A stretch of DNA of 64,000 nt from a virus: the IMG/VR virus record IMGVR_UViG_3300045051_000365, positions 1 through 64,000 of that record. One strand, given 5' to 3'. Each line of letters starts with the position of its first letter. The first letter of the stretch is position 1. This document shows positions 59,701 through 64,000 of this stretch, piece by piece. The notes under the pieces were generated by a model. That model searched no databases and was not told the origin of the DNA. It saw only the letters and a list, made by a program, of their open reading frames with translations. A program made the position numbers and the translations under genes.

Positions 59701-62623
59701 TAACGTCGATGATCCCCTCCCGATTAAATCCAATATCGCCCGGATTAAAGCGAATATCGCCCGGACGAGATTATCGCTACGGGATCAGCAGAACGACCTC
59801 GCCGAATTCTACGCGACCACGGCGATCGAGATCGAGGCGACAAACAAATTAATCGGGCTAACATCCCGAACCGTATCGAGTCAGGTCAAGACTTTCGCCC
59901 GCGACCAAACACTGATCGAACTCGGAAAACTTTACAAACAACTCGCGTTCGAGCAATCGAAGCTTAATGGGACACTCAAGGGCGATCCCCTCGAAATTAA
60001 AGCGAATATCGCCCGAATCCAACTTCAGATCGAGCAAGCGAAACTATCCCTACGGGATCAGTCTTTCGATCTCGTGGATTACTACACGAACCTTCAAAAA
60101 CAGATAGTCGATCTGAGGGTATCGATCGAGGATTTCCAGATTCAATCGTCCCGCGAGGTGCGGGGATTCCGGGAAGCCTACGGGGATATGATCCGCGGGT
60201 TACAGCGGTCGCTTATCGAGTCCGAGAACGAATTTCGGGCGAGTCAGCGTAGCCTAGAGGGGCAACGTTTACGGGTATCGATGCTAGGGAGTAGAACCCC
60301 CGGCGTGAATTCCCTACAGAAACAGATAGACGAGCTAATCCTACAGTACCGGGATGAAATCGCGTCGATTCAGGGAGAGGCGGACGGATTGCGGACAAAA
60401 CCGCTCGATATTCAAGATCAATCGATCCAGTTCGCCCGACAGTTGCGGGATCTGCAAGAGCAGATCTACGACGCGGAACGGAATCGCCTCAAACAGCTAC
60501 GGGATTTCTGGACGCAACAGGTACAGATAGCTAAAGAGATCGAGCGTCAGCAGTTAACATTTAAGTCGCTTAACGAGATATGGGCGGGAATTCTGGAGAA
60601 TTCCAAGAAACTCCTCGCCCGATCGGGAGAGATCGCCGGCGGGAAATCCCCGAAAATAGCACCGGCGATCGGGGGCGCGGGTAACGCCGGGGCGATGAAG
60701 TCCGAGGCGACGCGGCAGGGAACCCCGAACAATCCCCGAACATTACAGCGCGGGGATTACATCGACTACGGCAACGGACAGATCTATAAATACGATCCCT
60801 CGCCTACCTACGATCCGAAAACCCGCACGTACCGGGAGACGGTCAACGCCGATAATATTCAACATCCCTCGGTAGTGCAACAGGTTCAGACCTCGGGATC
60901 GGCGGAATTCGATCGTCTTCTGATGCGCTCGGGACTTTATAAAAATTGGGAGGGATTCGCCCGCACCGTTCTCAACCCGAATCTACAGCCCCTTACACCC
61001 GAGGAACGGGCGAACTACAACGCGGGCAACGTTCCGAAATACTCGGGAGCGTTATCGGGTCAACCGATGGCGAATATCCCGCTCGCCCCACTGCCCTCGT
61101 TCGACTACGATCGGGCGCGGGAACTCGACACGCAGATCCGCATTAACCGGGAACGAACGCTAGAGAATCAGAAGGCCGAAAACTTACTCAAGCTCGAACG
61201 GGCGAGACGGGAAAACCTCGATCGGATCGCGGGATTGATCTTACAGACGCGAGAGAGTCGGATTCAAGCCGAGATCGGACTGAGGGACACGGGCGATAGT
61301 TCCTCCGATCTAATGCTTTCCTCGAAAGGGTATCTAACTTTCTCGGAAAGAGTCGAGCAGACCCGTCGCAACGGGAACCGCGAGATCGAGAAACAGCGCG
61401 AGGGTATCCAGTCACAGATCCGATCGCTCGGACAACTTACCGATAGTTTCGCTAAAAACTCGGAAGAAACGCGGGCGCGGCTACTGAAAGACACCGGCAA
61501 CGATGACGCTTTCAACGCCCTCGCCGCGGAGAACAAGCGGAATCTAGCTATCCTAGAAGGCTATAAAGCCCTCGACGATCAACTCGCCAAGTACGGGCAG
61601 ATCCGGGGCGACGCGGCCGCTACCCGAGCGATCGAGGAAGAACGGGTGACGGCTCTCGAACGCTACAACAATCTGATCGCCGACGGTATCGACGCGAGTA
61701 ACCGGATGAACCCCCTCGGGAACCTGTTCAATACCGGGGAATCCCGAAAACTCCGGATAGAAGCGGACTTCGCGCGCCGTCGCCTCGAACTCAAGCGGTA
61801 CGCGGAAGAGGGATCGCTTTCCCCGCAAAAACTCGGGGAGATGTCGGCCGCGCTCGATAAAATGCAACAGGCCGATCTCGCGTCCGCGTTTATCGAGGCT
61901 AATCCCGCGGTAGGGGCGTTCGGGGATCTGTTACGGGCCGCGTTCACCGGCGGGCGGGATACCTTGCAACAGATGCTAAACGTTCTGATCAACTTCCTAC
62001 AGAAGATCGGGGAGATGGCGGCCAATCAACTACTAATGCAGATCTTCGGGGGAGGGGGGAAAGCGTCACCCGTCCCGACCGGGGGCGGATCGGGATTCGG
62101 ATCGGGAATTCTCGGGGCTTTAGTCTCGGGAATCATAGGCGGGGCTACCGGGGGGTCGTCGTCTTTCGCGTCGCTCGCCCCGACATCTTTCACGGGCGCG
62201 TCCTCTTATTCCCTCGGAACGGGACTTAGCCTCTTTAGTTCCGGCGGGAAAATCGGAGGCGACGCGCCCGTAGAGAAAAATATGGTTTCCGCGTTCCGGC
62301 GCGAGCGGTCTATGAGCGGGGGAAGAAATCCCCGGCTGATCGTGGCTAACGAGGACGAGTACGTTATCCCCGCGAACGAGGCCAGATCCTATCTAGAATA
62401 TAAAAACGCGCCGGTTAAAAATTACGCCGGCGGGGGATTCGTCGGGGGAACCGGCTATAATGTCACGACCTCGAATAATTCTTCCTCCGATCGCTCTCTC
62501 GCGATCACGAATGTCAGTAACATCACGATAGAATCGCGGAACGATATGGGGTATTCTCTAACCCAACTCAAAGAGCGCGAGAACGCGCAGAACGAGCGGA
62601 CAAAAAGGAGATTTTTCGGATGA
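50714..62623 (+). CDS. Giant tape measure protein (3969 aa) with embedded globular domains
   Basis: Tape-measure motif AINQMASR..LS.EE..QQL...ARAMG (~57400-57950), SPS motifs, C-terminal F.SGG...EYVIP; follows the chaperones. Confidence 0.9.
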   Translation: MTLSLGTLEIGLGLNTADYDRKIARAENRISSLKRQVERVGMTARIKVEVDDRRLYELNDHLKLKRDDLDKTAAHYRRNPIRVRVEDDSLIRLNRELRELQRVSVDIRVPSRLVVEHRFSGYQDRVEKAIERLSVTVRNSSPRSRNPLEKLFNLTVGNAVGGFFTGAGAYAGVKAGKGFYKGFDTDFDAIGREFGIYTKDKVDRVKKGLDTGFRELLGFPDGLKDAKRLFQKNFDTFLDNITDPGFYRDLEDLFVAMAQAKFDPSILKAGAKLTESQAADKKIFEEARGKVVSRFEETVKEDFVRAAGAFMKLSAQPLRVRKRVQLRDSSEMARQQSGIFGREYDAVRDKIDASDNIVLMTGGVDPTKSKRGKPNVDTTYQIAAGIQALFPKAFVDTITPYHTTSIEDLEQGAYNRILRGSILPFIKEQKDALANLFGEKMVNDIIANLEQFHPVESILRQSVEKGYNDDSIRMATKALSASMMFPDKKITLAGASGGGFVVEEAIAILNQIAKRFPELRKAISNIKGFAIGTPMAGMTATSGGIKGEYAKFQAYIGTLDHIGKGFFGDTLYAGDRKTAKPNEIERLDNEIALPGGILNPKNNLQTVIGGWGYDHEVGKMLADLGKPVSEFLLLLSSFLNNRVMRPEEAKRLTGVFEKIKSLKVGQDANAYIDDLAAIIKEIGSVNKKIGGILDTKELGTLLRKTRQLARATGSEGAKQFEGQIAREIEGVLRSGLGIDNVAGLGERGGGQTSLVVRNISDLIRDAFNELARRQGKPSPYPESDFQPLDPFLESIATIEDALRKSAEELNLPAGDFGSLIQLWKAGKATEPPVRGYADEFRSVYRDFLKELGKLSKLGKNYFQKSEDGRTKVDFYKLLWDSAKIAAAYGQPPYAEMSGKYREQTFNTPEEKQMEKALLAFFKLYEKDAEIFKKQYLEIALEAKKLYAAGDPAGLQKLTELLSTSKFSRIAELGKNIKTAKSGRIGKEKALGEGTNYKRLAGFLDKLLESLVRYEVSNRQDTSGFGELAAAGYGINAILDFVNLAAERGKEFARVPDLLKSSQIQSALEDPEIAKKFEIKAENMKSALQEVYANLETPLERKTAEIVEAYVSGISKLIDSIDAEIVARKVSTPVTIDGRLREMAVNRLQTPDRNNEIVNIAGNEDTASLLLQTAKREIFNALNLSDKSLWKGANATIQIFDRLVIAARKVESAFLGRIPAAMAAKNIAAPVVAPMALGAMTLAGLPDDVAHGIYQSLYNVFHELYKTGSDKYVQELAAHIKDALDIAVPADANPAIRGIIQGVNMATEQIANAVIAPIQSVANSIVEGESAGTAYATATTVTGFAVETLFGTARKAIAPKALAPEKLVELEAKGMALGASLAKLTDSLSRITNNLPALPPGVDPFKREYYTRDRLREIARNQGLNVLPGGSKKTPSVDDYWKAIISKVPPETLIKLLLATNEKGRTKAGREALAGMSYAASPIDKGFVTTIGQSVATVRKMAKGSLAEAEPDPRKLAEYYRQLQKIKGEIAKVRANPELDTSGLNRNLNALVINIENLQGDIQRSIGNLTKGANNELDSARLNTREIGENAIDDLDDALGNRSPSWKGKRSGKNLIKGLEIGTAEEARVFIGQIDALFRDINKRLELNQKQGGKFLIYARREHLDSIMNTGYQALHPNSNKDRSLRKRFENAIRPDYSPEGVSPIYGFWHPDAAGKFIGTGGGINRPRALMAFGTHNYGGREPVALEGLFNPDRMMLHAGDSLGMASGLASSAPMSRDMVERITSRFGRLIEADIPKMFEKFRIATGDEEFSSDTYGMEGILWDKFLLTAVGALHTYDGQIGGVRPFEDGTRELAKKKGIELQDLEWVQDPNASDWDKLLGRDGMFQERTQPGAIKQQMSRFQELYKLWQDPSLPAGKRKDIFIELSVALLKQQGELRTIATAIGADMSTLMFTAGKVGASNFQKGLQIGVATNEAEKIAYQNALDIVDETNKGLGNASPSKKAMKAMRFFYEGLALGARQIRFGLGLETRFDKEVSDFTFFVGMKSKEARKAVLQALKEMGLDRGERLQVIDEVLGSMDSGTFTSPRAFQAMKRATVIARPKTTREEILGDWNKKRDNLFNTLDSIEKAGVSSGFTRGIVSGIRVAVAQLDGFIGSLSTAGKLLRTIDKELDAATGGMFNLRKAALAVVGGFALLKGAEFLLQPLYFGIQNLPFTVQQAVTNSLQSLVELQRIKVNLDVAGVDNADEAIGQLRDRANELGISFKESVKQYAQFRIVTTDTPLEAQGDSIYRGFQSALAVRNTNPQQQTETFRAINQMASRSVLSVEEFTQQLTESGGLYDALIVAARAMGLTTAEFYRQASAGQLLSQDVIPRLSAEYERMSAGGLGESGKTLQAEINRYQNNLEQLSMGVGEKIGAVAYPALQLLNVALGGVNDNLDALLIVARAALNVTIGLVTKSVLQFIAATRLGQLVLSSYNAALFTTGVRAGETATRMQMLSATAKATGVVFNSAISVMAIPLAVTAGLQLFFAIWNAGSEDLRNNLQTIKESKKVLEDLGKIKPESNRQNFLEKVFTPEQTKKDLSEGNWWDKTVALFTWSPFREAGKVGFDSYGTSKDIRNINDTLKEGETVLKGYRDQLSDVTGIDKFIDSLQGLRNKLAQVRAERAIAAGKGDSAGVARANTVEQELMKQEQEAIDKRFGSLGSRIAADLQAYESSLAKLEESYQKGNVSVDEYTDKSTKLKAVIAQLKAEQQNYLNILKDQEKQYKKLQFGFKRTLNAQENRDFINARKSLNRQIGNEKGFAAGQLNEYEFNVRVREESLQTAKEKIASLQTTATETGAKLNTRITEAADKTLSTYFGKDLERLGVGSFSEAIAKNLLSPKMIEDVMDEFSGDLESNAALKNILEMAKRYVSTRQDILSSEKEIQAINREIITERKRRQINEKQAGNEVLIAGKQEKLYSSTPTGKLRSFQSSETRLSLEELYKQLAIEQERLAANVDDPLPIKSNIARIKANIARTRLSLRDQQNDLAEFYATTAIEIEATNKLIGLTSRTVSSQVKTFARDQTLIELGKLYKQLAFEQSKLNGTLKGDPLEIKANIARIQLQIEQAKLSLRDQSFDLVDYYTNLQKQIVDLRVSIEDFQIQSSREVRGFREAYGDMIRGLQRSLIESENEFRASQRSLEGQRLRVSMLGSRTPGVNSLQKQIDELILQYRDEIASIQGEADGLRTKPLDIQDQSIQFARQLRDLQEQIYDAERNRLKQLRDFWTQQVQIAKEIERQQLTFKSLNEIWAGILENSKKLLARSGEIAGGKSPKIAPAIGGAGNAGAMKSEATRQGTPNNPRTLQRGDYIDYGNGQIYKYDPSPTYDPKTRTYRETVNADNIQHPSVVQQVQTSGSAEFDRLLMRSGLYKNWEGFARTVLNPNLQPLTPEERANYNAGNVPKYSGALSGQPMANIPLAPLPSFDYDRARELDTQIRINRERTLENQKAENLLKLERARRENLDRIAGLILQTRESRIQAEIGLRDTGDSSSDLMLSSKGYLTFSERVEQTRRNGNREIEKQREGIQSQIRSLGQLTDSFAKNSEETRARLLKDTGNDDAFNALAAENKRNLAILEGYKALDDQLAKYGQIRGDAAATRAIEEERVTALERYNNLIADGIDASNRMNPLGNLFNTGESRKLRIEADFARRRLELKRYAEEGSLSPQKLGEMSAALDKMQQADLASAFIEANPAVGAFGDLLRAAFTGGRDTLQQMLNVLINFLQKIGEMAANQLLMQIFGGGGKASPVPTGGGSGFGSGILGALVSGIIGGATGGSSSFASLAPTSFTGASSYSLGTGLSLFSSGGKIGGDAPVEKNMVSAFRRERSMSGGRNPRLIVANEDEYVIPANEARSYLEYKNAPVKNYAGGGFVGGTGYNVTTSNNSSSDRSLAITNVSNITIESRNDMGYSLTQLKERENAQNERTKRRFFG

Positions 62624-62785
62624 GCGAGCTATCGGAGAAAAAGCGGGTTCTAGCGATCGTCGGGGTATTTCTCGGGGGGGCGGCCGCGCTGACTTTTCTC
62701 GATTCGTGCCGGGGGGATCGGGTTCTATACGGAAATCACTGCATTGTCTACCGAAACTCGGTAGCGATGGATTCTACACGGAAGA

Positions 62786-63220
62786 ATGATAATGGTGAAC
62801 ACGCCTGTTATTGCGCCAATCGGTGATCGGATCGTCATCGAGGCGATCGGGTGGATCGGGACTCCGTGGTATAGCAATCAGTCCAAGAAAGGGATCGGGT
62901 GCGATTGCGTCGGGTTCCTCGCCGGGGTCGGCAGGAACGTCGGCTTTCTGCCCGAGGATTTCGCGCTCGAAAATTACGAGCGGATTCCCCGAAGCGATTT
63001 TCTCGTGAAGTCCCTCGATCGTTACCTGTACCGGATCGATAGTTTCCCCCCGATCGCCGGGGACATACTCGCGTTCCGGCGGGCGGGAGTGATCACCCAC
63101 GTCGCGATCCACGCGGGGGAAGGGGCGATGATCCACGCGGACATGGATTCGGGCGTGATCCGCTCCTACCTCGCGGAATATATCAAAACCCTCGCCTATA
63201 TCTATCGGGTACAATACTAA
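62786..63220 (+). CDS. NlpC/P60 family tail peptidase
   Basis: WIGTPW, GCDCVG, GDIL.F, HVAI...MIHA. Confidence 0.9.
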   Translation: MIMVNTPVIAPIGDRIVIEAIGWIGTPWYSNQSKKGIGCDCVGFLAGVGRNVGFLPEDFALENYERIPRSDFLVKSLDRYLYRIDSFPPIAGDILAFRRAGVITHVAIHAGEGAMIHADMDSGVIRSYLAEYIKTLAYIYRVQY

Positions 63221-63248
63221 AAGAAACTTTAGTATTCCGCCTTAAAAC

Positions 63249-64000
63249 ATGGCCGCCTTTTTAATTCCCGTGGCGATCGGGATCGCAACAAGCGTACTAA
63301 CCGCGGTACTCGCCCCGTCGCCCCCGCGTCAGCGACAGGGCAAAATCGAGGATACGGGTATCCCCGAGGCGGAATACGGCTTTTCCCTCTCTCTCCCGTT
63401 CGGACGGGTAGAGAAAGAAGGGTTAAAAATGATGTGGGGCTTGAAGCTCAAGGAAAAGCGAAAAAAGCGCGGCGGGAAAGGCGGGCAAAAAACCGAAACT
63501 TTTACTTATTTCCTCACGGCCGCTTACCCGATCGCCCGAGAGATCGAGTACGTGCGCCGCGTCTGGATGAACGGGATTCTCGTCTATACCCACGGCTCGA
63601 ACGACAAGAAAAGTCAGAAATTCCTAGAGTGTTGCACGATCTACACCGGAAACCAAACCTCGCCATCGTCGGTAATTCAAGCGAACGAAACGAACCCCGT
63701 ACCCGCGTTCACGGGATGGAGTTATCTAGTTTTTAACAACTACCCGCTCGCCGAATTCAACGGCAACGGATTCCCGAAAATCGACGTGGAAGTAGTGGGG
63801 GAAGGCGGGGAGAATCCGAAGATTAGGGATATTCTAAGAAAAGTCTGCAAGATCGCCGGGATAGCGGAAAACAAGATCGACGTTAGCGGGGTTCCCGATA
63901 ATATGCAGATCGAGGGATTCGATCTACTATTCGAGGGAACGTCTTTCGCCGATCAGATCGGGGAATTATTACGGGCGTTTTTCCTGATAACCCGAGAGAC
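63249..64000 (+). CDS. Tail tip/central fibre protein, partial (runs off window)
   Basis: MAAFLIPVAIG...YG...PFG, GGKGG, RRVWMNG, YTGNQT, PAF.G.SYLVF..YPL..F. Confidence 0.8.
   Translation, partial: MAAFLIPVAIGIATSVLTAVLAPSPPRQRQGKIEDTGIPEAEYGFSLSLPFGRVEKEGLKMMWGLKLKEKRKKRGGKGGQKTETFTYFLTAAYPIAREIEYVRRVWMNGILVYTHGSNDKKSQKFLECCTIYTGNQTSPSSVIQANETNPVPAFTGWSYLVFNNYPLAEFNGNGFPKIDVEVVGEGGENPKIRDILRKVCKIAGIAENKIDVSGVPDNMQIEGFDLLFEGTSFADQIGELLRAFFLITRE

Larger units (their letters stand above)
1..64000. mobile_element. Temperate siphovirus-like prophage or phage genome segment, probably cyanobacterial host
   Basis: Repressor, primase, terminase, portal, capsid, tail tube, frameshifting tail chaperone, tape measure and endolysin are present; no host housekeeping genes; frequent CGATCG/GCGATCGC. 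Confidence 0.93.

Noticed and set aside
50714-62623. Many short ORFs nested in or antisense to long genes (here and elsewhere)
   Set aside because: Shadow ORFs without RBS or motifs.
1-64000. Integrase and att sites
   Set aside because: None visible, so prophage boundaries and integrated state cannot be established from this window.

Overview
The whole window is one temperate siphovirus-like (pro)phage, most likely from a cyanobacterial host, judged from abundant CGATCG/GCGATCGC (HIP1) sites, a cyanobacterial heptamer repeat and a cyanobacterial-type IS200/IS605 element. No integrase or att site is visible, and the window ends inside a tail-tip gene. From left to right: an IS605-family tnpB element inserted in the XRE repressor gene; a primase-helicase; a C5 methylase; an SF2 helicase carrying an intein and a J-domain; an AT-rich fibre/LamG cassette; an unannotated secreted-peptide gene; DUF2460/DUF2163 tail hub; lysis genes; portal, an EAL phosphodiesterase and head genes; RusA; Dam; KilA-N and Bro-N proteins; TerL, GIY-YIG and TerS on the minus strand; a circularly permuted C5 methylase; an array of small early genes with DUF932; tail genes; and a 3969-aa tape measure. 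The most unusual signals are six spacing-conserved TGTTA/TAACA elements in two convergent clusters, enzyme-like domains inside the tape measure, a stand-alone EAL gene in the head module, a J-domain inside the helicase, and a hidden secreted Cys-loop peptide. All family calls come from motif recognition by eye; no database search was run.
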